Shown here piece by piece: positions 36,515-49,179 of a DNA stretch of 64,000 nucleotides. Position 1 is the first letter of the stretch. Each line of letters opens with the position of its first letter. The position numbers and the translations under genes are program-made. Source of the DNA: Eledone cirrhosa (taxonomy: Eukaryota); assembly GCA_964016885.1 (NCBI GenBank), contig OZ024741.1, forward strand, positions 111,600,001 through 111,664,000. The letters run 5' to 3'. The notes beneath the pieces were generated by a model that did not search any database, had not been told where the DNA came from, and saw only the letters and a list, made by a program, of their open reading frames with translations.

Positions 36515-39500
36515 TTTCTTTTATTTGCCACAAGGGCATCAAAAGTGGGACAAGTACAATGGGGGGAGTTTACAAAACAAGGCGTCCTCAATAGGGAGGA
36601 GGCAATAACAATATATAAAAATAAAATAAAATATAACAAAAAATAGAATTATAACAAAATCCTCAATAGAGGATTTTGTTATAAAATATAACAAAAAATA
36701 AAATTTATAACAAAATCCTCAATAGAGAGGAGGCGCCTTGGGGGGTCGCACACACCCCCGAAAAAAGTGTGCAACCCTTTTCCTCAGGAGCACAGAGAGG
36801 GGGTGCTCCCTCGTTCCTTCCTCTTTTCCACCTACAGGCTCATGTAAAGAGAAGGCCCATTCACACGGGCCATTCTCGCCACTTTCACCCACCTTTCATA
36901 AAAACGACTGGGGTGCAGCACCTCCCTCTCCATCCTGATCCTTCTTCCGAAATGATATCGGAAGAAACGGACCAGTTGTTGGCCAGAGAGAAAGGTGCCT
37001 GACCTCAGTCCTTTCAGACGCGTCCACCATACAACCTCTTTCGCCATGGCTATTACGCACAGAAACACCGCCTCTGCTTCATCTTTGAAGGGGGGAGGCG
37101 GCTTGATCATTACAATAGACTCGGTGGTCAACCGGATCGGTCCCACCCTTGACAGCAGTTGTTCGACATAGCCCCACAGATCGGCTACGCCCGAGCAGTG
37201 TACCAATGCGTGTGCAACGGTTTCCTCGTCGCACACGCATCTGGGACAGATCTTTTTGGCGGGGTCCCTACCCGGGCGCCCGTGTCTGTAGAGCCTTTCT
37301 CGAACGGGTAAAGCCCCTCGGTAGCACTGCCAGGCCAGGGACTTCTGGAAGTTGTCCATAGGTCCCGGGCTGAATGTCCTACCGAACAGGCTGGCCAGTT
37401 CGTCCTCCTCCATGTCTAGGGCTTCTCCGAGGGCGTCGTCGCACCTGCTGCGTACCAGCCCTCTATAGAATGTTGCGGTGGAGTCTCCACTGATAACCGG
37501 ATCCGCCTGCCAGAGGGCGGTGAGCGCCTGGGCACACCCAGTGTGCCAGGCGCCCAGTTTTCTCGGTCTTTGCTTGACCCAGGATTGCAGCTCGGTGAGT
37601 GAGACGAGTCTGGAAAGGTTCGTCTCACAAACGAGGCCCACACCGGTTGTCCAGTGAGGAATACGTAGAGGTGCCGTAGCCTTAATGCGTGTTTACGCAT
37701 CATTAGCCGCGGCATCCCCAGCCCCCCTTTCGAAGGGTGTTGACAGCAGATGGATCTCCTCACCATAGGAGCCCGCCTCTTCCAAAGGAATTGGAAGAGC
37801 GCGCGCTCCATCTTGGTGAGGGTTTCCCTTGGGCAGGGCACTACGGTCAGGCGGTAGTAGATGACGGACGCTATGTAGGTATTCGCCACCTCCGCCCGAC
37901 CTTTCAGGGATAGTTTGCAACTGGCCCACTTCTGGGTCAGTGCAAACACCCTGTTCGTAACCTCCGCCCAGTTTTTCTCCACCTGGAGGTCCGGTCCGAA
38001 CCAGACCCCGAGCAACTTCACCGGGCCCTCCGTCCAGCGTCCGACGACGCCATCGGAGGGCATCGGTCTGCCCCTCCACGTGCCGAGTTGCAAACCGATC
38101 GACTTGTCCCGGTTCAGCTTAGCCTGTGAACTTTTCGTACTCCTCCAGTAAGGTGCCGACCGCCTCGATTTCGGAGGCCGTCGACACCATTACTGTCACG
38201 TCATCGGCGTAGGCCGACACCGCTTTCCGCAATCCCGGTTCCAAAGGGATGCCCTGCAACAACTCCAACTTCCGCAGTAGTGGCTCGAGAGTCAACACAT
38301 ACAGAAGGGAGGAGAGAGGGCACCCTTGTCGGATGGACCGCGCGATTTTGAACGGCTCCGAGAGGTAGCCGTTCACCTTGACCCTAGAGCAGATACGGCT
38401 GCTGTGCATAGCAGTGATCCAGCCCCTGAAAACGGGTCCGAAGCCTGCCGCCGCTAGCACCGCATCCAGGTAACCATGGTCGACCCTATCGAACGCCTTA
38501 GATTGATCCAAGTTGATCAGAGCCCCACCAAAGCCGGGTTCGTTCCCAACCCTCTCTATGATGTATCGCATGAGGTGGAGGTTGTCATGGATGGACCTGG
38601 ACGGGATAGCGCATGTCTGCGCATCTCCCACCAGGTTGCCCACGACAAACGCCAACCTCTTTGCTAGCACCCTGGCCAAAATCTGTAACTCTGTATTTAG
38701 CAGAGTTATGGGCCTGAAGTTACTTATTTCGTCCCCCTTGTTCTCGTCCTTCCTCACTAGCGTGACTACGCCCTTGGTCACAGTACAGGGAATTCTCCCG
38801 TTCTGTTGCCAGTTGCAGTAGACCGCCTCGAGGAGATCGGGGAACAAGTCCGGCATAGCTAGATATAATTCGTAAGGAAGACCATCGAGACCCGGGGATT
38901 TGCGTTTGCCGCATTGGCTCAGCACGTCCTCTATCTCAGCGGCCGAAATCGGCTCCTCGCAGGACTTCGCCTCCCTGTCCGAGAGGCGCGGCAGGCCGTC
39001 GAGGTATGGACCGAAGTCCACGTTCCCAACCGGCTCCCCGCCCCTCCCGAACAGTCGGGCAAAGTGCCTTTGAAAGGCCTCACACATCTGCTTAGGCTCA
39101 AGAATCGCCCGTCCATCCAGGTCTCGCAAAGACCGGATGGTGGATTTAGTTCCACTGTTGGCCTCTGTCACGCGGGCCCAGCTAACAGCTTTGGTCCCCT
39201 CGTTCCCTAGAGCACGTATTTTACTTCGGACAACGCAGCCTTCGTGCTTCGCGTCGAAAAACTGGCTCAAAGCCGTTCTCGACGCTAGCACTCTGGCCAC
39301 GTCGCCGCTTCTAATTGCCTCTTCTACTCTATCTATTAGCTCCCTTTCCTTCCTATTCCTATCCGCAGCTAGAACCTTACTAAATTCTATCGAGACTACT
39401 CTAATCTCTCTCTTTAGAGATACCCACCACCTGCTGTTGACGATCGCTCCAGTCAACCGTTCCTTAACTAACGTACTAATCCGATTCCTGTAGGCTCTAC

Positions 39501-40720
39501 TTGCCGGCAAGGACAAGTTGAGCTTCCAGTAACCGGGGCCCTGTCTATGAGTTCTGTCAAGGTTGACCATGCAGGTCACTAATTTGTGGTCTGAATAGCC
39601 AACCATGCGCATTTTTGGACAACTTAAAAAGTCCTTATCCTTAATTCTAACTAAGAACCTATCTAGGTACGACCTAGATGATCCGCTACGATTTGCCCAA
39701 GTCCAGGTTGGCGCAGTCGGAAAATCTAGTCGATATCTATCGGCCAGGTCAAATCGACCGATTAACCCTTTGAGGCTATTACACCCCTCTCTATCGGGGC
39801 AGGCCCCTACGTAGTCCCAGCGTGCATCTAGGATACCATTCCAGTCCCCCACTAATAGCAAGGAGCGGGACGTCCCTAGAAAAGTCTCCAGACGATGGAA
39901 GAAGTCCGGCCGCATTGACCCGAAAGGGCCGTAGGCGGCTACCAACCTAAACGCTCCGCCTTTACCACTGCCAAGGTCCAGAACCACTAGTCGACCCTCC
40001 GGGTCCAAATGTACCATCTGTGTTGCGAGACCCAGATGTTTTTGCAGCAGAACGACAACTCCACCCCCACCTCCGGGCTGACAGAGAGATGCGTGCATCT
40101 CAAAGTCATCAAAGGTGGGGGCCAGCTGTCGCACGTTGCTGATCCGGGCCTCGCAAATAACCATCACATCTATACGTTGTGACCTGAGGTCATTTAGAAG
40201 CATTGCTTGCTTCCAAGTTGAGCCCAGGCCACGCGCATTTAAACAGCCTACTCTTAGCTTAGCCATGTTGGTGGTGAAGAGAAAAGGCACTTACCTCTCT
40301 GCGTCCCGGGTATCGGGCTGCACAATTTCCATTAGGGTGGGGGATGGGTTGTTGGGTGGGGTGGTGGTTTGTGGAAGTGTGGGGGCATCAGTGTGTTGTG
40401 TGGTTGGGGAGCTTGGAGTTGTGTGGGTGTTTGGGGAGGGGGTGGGATAGTTTTTTAGGAGGACGCGGTTAATGGGCCCGACGCAGGGGGGACCCAGGTC
40501 CTCTTTAAAATTGTTTTTTAAAGTTTTATAGGTGTCCTGTGGGGCCTTAATCATTTTGAGGTGGGGGAAATCCCCTGCCTGGGTGAAGTTAGGCCCTTGT
40601 GTTTTTATTAGATTGTTGTTGTACACAATGTTTAACAGTTTTTTGTTTCTTGTATTTATGTATGTGTATGCATGTTTTTGTTTTTGTGTGGTGTTTTTTG
40701 TTTGCTGTTGTTGTGAGCTC
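36515..40720 (-). mobile_element. Tx1-clade LINE (ORF1 C-terminal part, ORF2 APE-RT-CCHC, 3' UTR), about two frameshifts
   Basis: VGCLNARGL, LVGDWNG, YSDHK, GPGYWKLN, KSPGLDGL, NFRPITLLN, NLDQSKAFDRV, IRQGCPLS, AYADDV, GGLGMP, CPRCVCDEETVAHALVHC. Terminus CCCTTGTGGCAAATAAAAGAAA. Confidence 0.96.
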
Positions 40721-41940
40721 ATAGATAGTTAGGTGGGTAGACAGTTACGTGGGTATATATGTAGGAGTGGTTAGTGGTATATATATATACACTGCTAGGT
40801 ATGTTGATAAACACACAGGTAGGAAGGTGTGTAGATGGGTGGGTGGGTATATAGGTGGGTGGGTATATAGGTAGGTGTGTAGATAGGAAGGTGTGTAGAT
40901 AGGTAGGTGTGTAGATAGGAAGGTGTGTAGATAGGAAGGTGTGTAGATAGGTAGGTCTGTATATAGGAAGTTGTGTAGATAGGAAGGTGTGTAGATAGGT
41001 AGGTGTGTTGATAGGAAGGTGTGTAGATAGGAAGGTCTGTAGATAGGTGGGTGTGTAGATAGGTAGGCGTGTAGATAGGTGGGTGTGTAGATAGGTGGGT
41101 GTGTAGATAGGAAGGTGTGTAGATAGGTAGGTGTGTAGATAGGAAGGTGTGTAGATAGGAAGGTGATAGATAGGAAGGTGTGTAGATAGAAAGGTGTGTA
41201 GATAGGTAGGTGCGTAGATAGGTAGGTGTGTAGATAGGTAGGTGTGTAGATAGGAAGGTGTGTAGATAGGAAGGTGTGTAGATAGGTGGGTGTGTAGATA
41301 GAAGGTGTGTAGATAGGTAGGTGTGTAGATAGAAGGTGTGTAGATAGGTAGGTGTGTAGATAGGTAGGTGCGTAGATAGGTAGGTGTGTAGATAGGTAGG
41401 TGTGTAGATAGGTGGGTGTGTAGATAGGAAGGCGTGTAGATAGGTAGGTGCGTAGATAGGTAGGTGCGTAGATAGGTGGGTGTGTAGATTGGAAGGTGTG
41501 TAGATAGGAATGTGTGTAGATAGGAAGGTGTGTAGATAGGAAGGTGTGTAGATAGGAAGGTGTGTAGATAGGTAGGTGTGTAGATAGGAAGGTGTGTAGA
41601 TAGGAAGGTGTGTAGATAGGAAGGTGTGTAGATAGGAAGGTGTGTAGATAGGAAGATGTGTAGATAGGAAGGTGTGTAGATAGGAAGGTGTGTAGATAGG
41701 AAGGTGTGTAGATAGGAAGCTGTGTAGATAGGAAGGTGTGTAGATAGAAAGATGTGTAGATAGGAAGGTGTGTAGATAGGAAGGTGTGTAGATAGGTAGG
41801 TGTGTAGATAGGAAGGTGTGTAGATAGGAAGGTGTGTAGATAGGAAGGTGTGTAGATATGTAGGTGTGTCGATAGGTAGGTGTGTAGAAAAACACAGACT
41901 GATAGGTAGAAAAGTTGATAGGTAGGTAACATAGATGAGT
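40721..41940. repeat. 16-bp satellite variant (GTGTGTAGATAGG[A/T]AG)n
   Basis: Tandem repeats at 40815-41890 with degenerate (GTAG)-like edges. Confidence 0.96.
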
Positions 41941-42255
41941 AAGTAAGCAAATATGTTAATGTACAGGTTGCTGGCAATAGACTGGAATCCGCCGAAGACA
42001 CCCAAGAACCATGTGGTCGTTTCACAAGAGGCAATATATTAAATTTAACACCCAAGTAGGCCACAGCGGGATTTGAACTAAGAACGCAAAGAGCCGGAAT
42101 AAATACCGCAAGGCATTTTATCCTACGCTCTACCGATTCTGCCAGTCGATGCCTAATGTAGTGCTGTGTACATTAGGCGTTGAGTGTGTGTATTGAATAT
42201 AATTTGACTGGGTGTAGTGTGTGTTGTGTATATAGTATGGTTTGCATATGTGGGT

Positions 42256-42287
<32 letters not shown>

Positions 42288-42297
42288 AGTGCAGGTG

Positions 42298-42385
<88 letters not shown>

Positions 42386-42732
42386 CCATAGTGGGAGATA
42401 GATAGATACACACAAACGTATATGTGCATGCATGTGTTTACGTGTGTGTGTGTGTGTGTGTCTGCGTGTTGCATATTTAAAGCTGAAAGTTGATTTTGTT
42501 ACAGTTTAGTGTGATTGAGAGACTAAATCGATAGAGTTTGGTTGGTAGAACAACTTTTTACTGGCTTGTTTGGTTTGATGTAATACACACACTAGTGTAA
42601 TGGTATTATCTAAGGAGATAGATAGACAGATAGATAGAGAAGGAAGCCCGAAATAGTATCATTGTTGTAATAATGTTATAGTAGTAGGAGAGAGAGAGGT
42701 AGAGGTAGAGAGAGAGAGAGAGAGAGAGAGAG

Positions 42733-42790
<58 letters not shown>

Positions 42791-42880
42791 ATATATATAT
42801 ATATATTAGTGTGTCAGACCCGGGTTCAATCGGGGGTAACCACAGTAAGGTACTCAATACATTAGTAGAGTATATACATG

Positions 42881-43011
42881 AAATTTAATATAGAAATGGC
42901 TTCTACAGGACTAGAACTGTTTCATTCGAAGGAAATCATCAGGAAACCTCTGATGATTTCCTTCGAATGAAACAGTTCTAGTCCCGTAGACGCCATTTCT
43001 GTATTAAATTT
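42881..43011. repeat. Fold-back element with 62-bp arms, each beginning at a hammerhead core
   Basis: 42881-42942 is the reverse complement of 42950-43011. CTGATGA-TTTC cttc GAAT-GAAAC on both strands; the stem I 5' strand is absent. Confidence 0.85.
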
Positions 43012-43012
43012 G

Positions 43013-43076
<64 letters not shown>

Positions 43077-44026
43077 GAAAGTATGAAACTTGTAGTGGTA
43101 TGGCTCTGGCAGATATATAGTGATAATGCGATAGATAGAAAGAGGAAGTATGAGGGAGTATTACTGATGTAATGGAATAGTAGTGAGAGTGAGAGTTAAA
43201 TAGAGAGTGTCTGTGTGTGTGTGTGTAACAGAGAGAAAGAGAGAGAGAGGAGGGAGAGAGAGAGAGTGGGAGGGAGAGAGAGAGAGAGAGGGAGAGAGAG
43301 AGAATGAACCAATCAAAGAAAGGAAATAGAGGGAAAGTGAGAAAGTGAGTGAAGGGTAGAGAAAGAAATAAGTTTGAGAGAGAGAGGGAGGGAGAGAGAG
43401 AGAGAGAGAGAGAAGGAGGGAAAGAACAATTTTATAATGGTATATTTTGTATAACTAAATATAAACTGAAGACAAATTTGGGCGGTGGGATTGTGTGTTA
43501 TACACACACATATACTTACACACATACATACACACACATGCATTCACTCACATACACATACGCATATATGCACACACATAAACACACACATGTACATTCA
43601 CTTACATACAAGCACATACATAAACACGCATACACATACATACATGCAAACACATACACCTCCAAACCCACAATATGCGCACACATATGAACACACATGC
43701 GCACCTGCATGCACATACATATGAACATATACTCATATGAACATGCAAACGCATGTACATATATACACATGAAAATACACGCACACGAACATCTATATAT
43801 GAACATACTCACACTTAAACACACATGTATATAAACATATACACACATGAACACACTCGCATAAACATACATACATATTTACACACACAAAAGCAGGAAC
43901 ATACACACACATGAACGTACACACATATGGATATACACATATATGAATACACACAGATGAATATACACACACAAAAGTCACACACACGCATGCACATACA
44001 CACTCATGAGTATGCTCGCATGAACG

Positions 44027-44071
<45 letters not shown>

Positions 44072-44260
44072 CTACATACAAACGCACAAACACATGATCA
44101 CTCACAAACACATGCATATAAACACACACGCACACAAAAAAACAATATACACAAACAAAAATATTTATTTTTATAACCAATACAAACATTCCTTTCTGTA
44201 ATTTAAAATTTAAATTGTATTTTCATTGTTAAAATCTGCGAGTAATGCACTTTAATGTAA

Positions 44261-46226
44261 ACTAGCTGACGTACCCAGCTTCGCCCGAGTAAACAGATGA
44301 TAAGGGAAGACAGGTAAAAGAGAAAATGACTGTATTGGATGTTTGTCTGGTTACAGTATGAGGCGAGTACGTCGTGTCTGTGTGATACCCAAAACAGTAA
44401 AAAAAATCTTCCAGATATACCAGATTCTTCGTTGTACCATTTGTGCATAGTATATGAACAATTCTAGGTGCTCCCACCTAGAATAGTGACCTCTAGGAGA
44501 TGGTTCATCTTCTGCCTGACTGTAAAACGTGTATCATTGCATAGACGTGGTTGTTCCACGTTTCTCAAAAGGATGATGGAAGTTCCAATCTTTTATATTA
44601 TATGTAGATATAGATATAGATAATTAATATAAAAGATGATGCTCAGCCAGTTTGTCTTCAACAATCGCAGCATGCCGTCGCCTCTTGGCTCCAGTGTTTT
44701 GTTGGCGTTGTTCAGCCAGCTCCTCTTCATTCACGGCGGCACGTCTTCGCCTCTAAAGTTCGGCGTTCCGATGGCGCTGTTCGGCCCGTTTTGCTTCATT
44801 CCTGGCTGCGCACCGTCGCCGCTGTAGTTCACTGTTTGATAAAGTCTAATTGCTTTTATTATCAGTATTCATTTCGAGCAATTGTCAAAATAATGACACA
44901 ATAATAATTATAAAAGATGTCCGTCAATGTAAAAAGGTCCCTATTTACTCCCTTCACAACTCTGTGTATATTAGACTGACAGACAGGCACACAGACAGAT
45001 AAACTGCGTGGCGAATGTGGTACGCCGCACGTTCACACACATACACGCATGGAAACACGCACACGCACGCAAACTTACACACGCACCCGTGCACTTACAC
45101 ACACGCACACACTCACACATGTTGATAGTTTTTACTTTCTGTGGAACGCTGCACGCACACACACATAAACATACGCGCACGTACATACACACGCACACAT
45201 GGTAATAGTTACAGCGTTCACTTTGCCTCGCTGTTTCTTACTCTCCCCTCTCACTCCCTCATTGGCATTATGCATATTAATTTAAGTTTGGCGTCGTTGA
45301 GGTGGGCGAAGTCGTTTGAAACCTATGAACCAATTATAATCGAGAATTATGACACACGGAATAATGACATTGTTGAAATTAATATATAGACTAGCTGACA
45401 TACCCAGCTTCGCCCGGGTAAACATGATAAGAGAAGACAGGTAAAAGAGAAAATGACTGTATTGGATGTTTGTCTGGTTACAGTATGAGGCGAGTCCGTG
45501 GTGTCTGTGTGATACAGAAAACAGTAAAAAAAATCTTCCAGATATACCAGATTCTTCGTTGTACCGTTTGTGCATAGTATACGAACAATTCTAGGTGCTC
45601 TCACCTAGAATAGTGACCTCTAGGAGATGGTTCATCTTCTGCCTGACTGTAAAACGTGTATCATTGCATAGACGTGGTTGTTCCACGTTTCTCAAAAGGA
45701 TGATGGAAGTTCCAATCTTTTATATTATATGTAGATATAGATAAAGATAATTAATATAAAAGATGTCCGTCAATGTAAAAGAAGGTCCCTATTTACTCCC
45801 TTCACAACTCTGTGTATGTTAGACTGACAGACAGGCACACATACAGATAACCAGCGTGGCGATTGTGGAACGCCACACACATGGAATCGCTCACACGCAC
45901 GCAAACTTACACACGCACACATGTTGATAGTTTTTACTTTCTGTGGAACGTTGCACACACGCACACACACATAAACATACGCGCACGTACATACACACGC
46001 ACGCATGTTAATAGTTATTGCTTTCCTTCACCTCTTATTTCTACACACATCACGCACACACATGTCTCTACATTGACACATATAGCGTTCACACTCTCCC
46101 CCTCTCACTCCCTCATTGGCATTATGCATATTAATTTGGCCGGAGTCGTTTGAAACCTATGAACTAATGATAATCGAGAATTATGACACACGGAATACTG
46201 ACGTTGTTGAAATTAATATATAGATG
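44261..46226 (-). mobile_element. Composite non-autonomous Helitron array
   Basis: 3' ends (hairpin AC(C/T)CGGGCGAAGCTGGGT plus CTAGT) at about 44261 and 45390. TC-starting 5' ends at about 44636, 44918, 45389, 45763 and 46225. 44261-44636 is about equal to 45390-45763, and 44919-45389 to 45764-46225. Confidence 0.85.
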
Positions 46227-46415
46227 TCTTACTCACAGAGGCCAATGAACGTTTAATTACAAATGTTTCGGCTTTGCTTTCCACATTCGCCAGTGTATAA
46301 AATAAACAAAAAATCTGCTGCTCTACGCTTCACATATGGGTCTCCTTGCCAATCACTGATGAAACAAACACAGGCATATATTTTTATTGGTGTTAGACAT
46401 AGTGAGTGAGTGAGT

Positions 46416-46505
<90 letters not shown>

Positions 46506-46599
46506 TACATGATATTCCGAAGGGATATATGGCAATATGATGGCTGCAAACGTAACTAAGAGTACTGCAATCGCTTATCAGATTATAGAGTTTTCTGCT

Positions 46600-47041
46600 C
46601 TCTTAGGCTATGGCCAGCCACACGAACCTGTGAAATAACCTGAACAAGCAATGCCTGTGCTTTGAAAGTTATTTTAAGTGGGGAAAGGCTTTGCACTCCA
46701 CCAATCCCACTCTCTGAGCATCGAAAACACTACCTGAAAAGGAGAACTGGTCAACATCATCGGATGCTTCCAAAGTCGCAGGTTTTTTTTCAGAGTTTCC
46801 CTCTCTTAGAAAGGTGTTGTGACAACAACTGGGGGCCTTTCATTCCCAGGTGAAAAAAAAAGGTACTATTTGGATGACCATTGACACTGCTGAGTTCCTC
46901 CGTCCTTCGCCGGGTTTTCAAATATCACCCTCCTCACGAAGCAAGCTTGGTGGGGTTGCCGGTTTAGTCGCCGACGACCCGACCACGAGACAGGTTGTAC
47001 TGGGTTACATGTTACCAGTAGCACTCAAGAGCGACCTGACA
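46600..47041 (-). mobile_element. RTE LINE 5' UTR (solo)
   Basis: 46603-46851 is highly similar to 5979-6227 and extends about 190 nt further 5' to GTCAGGTCGCTC. Confidence 0.9.
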
Positions 47042-47101
47042 TATATAGCAATATACAAACATACGTACACACGCATACCCCCCCCCCCCACACACACACG
47101 C

Positions 47102-47141
<40 letters not shown>

Positions 47142-47874
47142 GTATATATACTTATATCCACCTATTTATGGTGGGACCGATAGCGTGGTTAGAACTCAAT
47201 GTAGTCTTGAAGAGATGATTTCAACGAGATCATGCAGTGAGAGCTATAGATTTGTAGTAGGCTATCATCGCATAAGGTCCTGAAACGTAGCGTTTCGAGA
47301 AAAAAAATCAGTGATCGATATATTAAGTATCAGACTGGAAAACATGTCGACAGTCTGGTCAATTAAATCTTACCAAGGCGGTACCATACATGGCCACAAT
47401 TTAATAACTGACAAAGAATAAAGGAATATTTGTAGTAGATGTTTTGTTGAAAATTAAAACGAAAAAAAAAAAAAAAATGTTTAAATGTGCAGGCTAGAAA
47501 TTGAAGGAAGTTTTAATGCATTGTTGCATAAATCAAATATTTGCTGCTTTGGAATAAAATCACTAAATTTGTTGAGTGCATTTCAGTCATATGATTCACT
47601 TTGAAGTTGTAATGATACATTTTAATACCTGATAGGCTCCACCGCATACCAAACAAACTCAGTATATGTGTGATTTAACTTATTCTGCACAACTAGCTAC
47701 ATTTATACATGGAACCCTACTATAAAATAGAGACAATTTAAAGTGCATATGATGTACTTATATGAAATGAGATGAAACTTTCATGTCGATGAAACAGGAT
47801 GGTAGCGGTTTTAGTAATAATATGTGGCTATTGTTACTTCGATGATCATATTAATAAAGCAACAACAATAGTTA

Positions 47875-48085
47875 TGGTTTCTGGTTTAGGCACAATCATT
47901 TGGAGGAGGGGAAAGTCAATTAAATCGACGCCTGTGCATTACTAGTGCTTTATTTTATCGACCTCCATAAGGATGAAAGGCAAAGCTTAGCTAGGCGGAA
48001 TTTGAATTCTGAACGTAAAGAGCCATAACTCTATGCCGCAAAGCACGTTGTCCGACGCTCTACCGATACTTCTAATCCACCACCT
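47875..48085 (-). mobile_element. SINE, long-tail form
   Basis: Family consensus. Confidence 0.85.
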
Positions 48086-48267
48086 TTAATAATAAAGAAG
48101 AACAATAGCGACAACAAGAATAACAATAATGCTGATAACGATGATGATCATGATGCAAGAGCCGAAGGCATTGGGGACAACACAAGGTCAAAAACAATAC
48201 AGAGTGAGGTGTATATCATGTAAAGGAAAGGGGACATGACCCAACGGAAAAAAGAGGGTATAACAAT

Positions 48268-48488
48268 AATGATTTCTAGTATAGGCACAAGGCCAGTAAT
48301 TTGAAGGCGAGGGAAAAGTCGATTAAATCGACCCCAGTGGATTACTGGTACTTTATTTTATCGACCTGGTAAGGATGAAAGGCAAAGTTAATCTCGGCGG
48401 GATTTGAACTCAGGCCGTAAAGGGCCGTAACTCTTTGCTGAAAAGCATGGCATCCGACCCTCTACCGATACTACCAATCCACCGCCCT
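48268..48488 (-). mobile_element. SINE, long-tail form
   Basis: Family consensus. Confidence 0.9.
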
Positions 48489-48681
48489 AACGATAATGCC
48501 GAAGGAGATGATAATGTGGATGATAGCAACGTTGACAGTCATGATGATAATGATATCTTGAATAAGTCTTTTTCTTTTATAGTTTTGGGTTGACCAATAC
48601 CTTATAATTAGAATTTGGTAGAGGGATACTATAAAGAAGTCCATCGTATATGCATATATACACACACACACACATATATAC

Positions 48682-48725
<44 letters not shown>

Positions 48726-48728
<3 letters not shown>

Positions 48729-48943
48729 TGGCGAAGGGTAACCTGGAAAGCAGGGCATGCAGTCCAATCGCCATGGTGGAAAGTGGGGCTGTGCAGCCTT
48801 ACCCCTCCCCCCAATTCCCTCTAAATGACCCTCCCGGTGAAAGCCACATGTAGTGTTATCTAGTGTGTATGTGTGTGTGTGTGTTATCTTTTTGTGTGTC
48901 TACGTTTTAGTAAGCAGTCAAAATTCTGCTTGCCCCAAAGCTG

Positions 48944-48978
<35 letters not shown>

Positions 48979-49084
48979 CTTTTTTGTGTCTATACGTTTT
49001 AGTAAGCAGCCAAAATTCTGCTTGCTTCAACCGACGCAATTGATCAACTCAACATTTTATAACGCATGCACGGACCCTCCGCCC

Positions 49085-49087
<3 letters not shown>
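48726..49087. mobile_element. hAT-like MITE in (TA)n with internal tandem duplication
   Basis: TIRs CAGTGGCGAAGGGT and CAGGGGCGGAGGGT. An 80-90 bp internal duplication spans 48865-49028. Confidence 0.75.
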
Positions 49088-49176
<89 letters not shown>

Positions 49177-49179
49177 TAT

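Noticed and set aside
40719-42064. 366-439 aa His/Thr/Pro ORFs
   Set aside because: Satellite translation in all three minus frames.
46925-46990. Twister- or HDV-like ribozyme in the RTE leader (TAA..CCAAGC..GGAGGG)
   Set aside because: The required pseudoknot pairings could not be built; the paralogue at 13.3 kb shows a simple hairpin instead.
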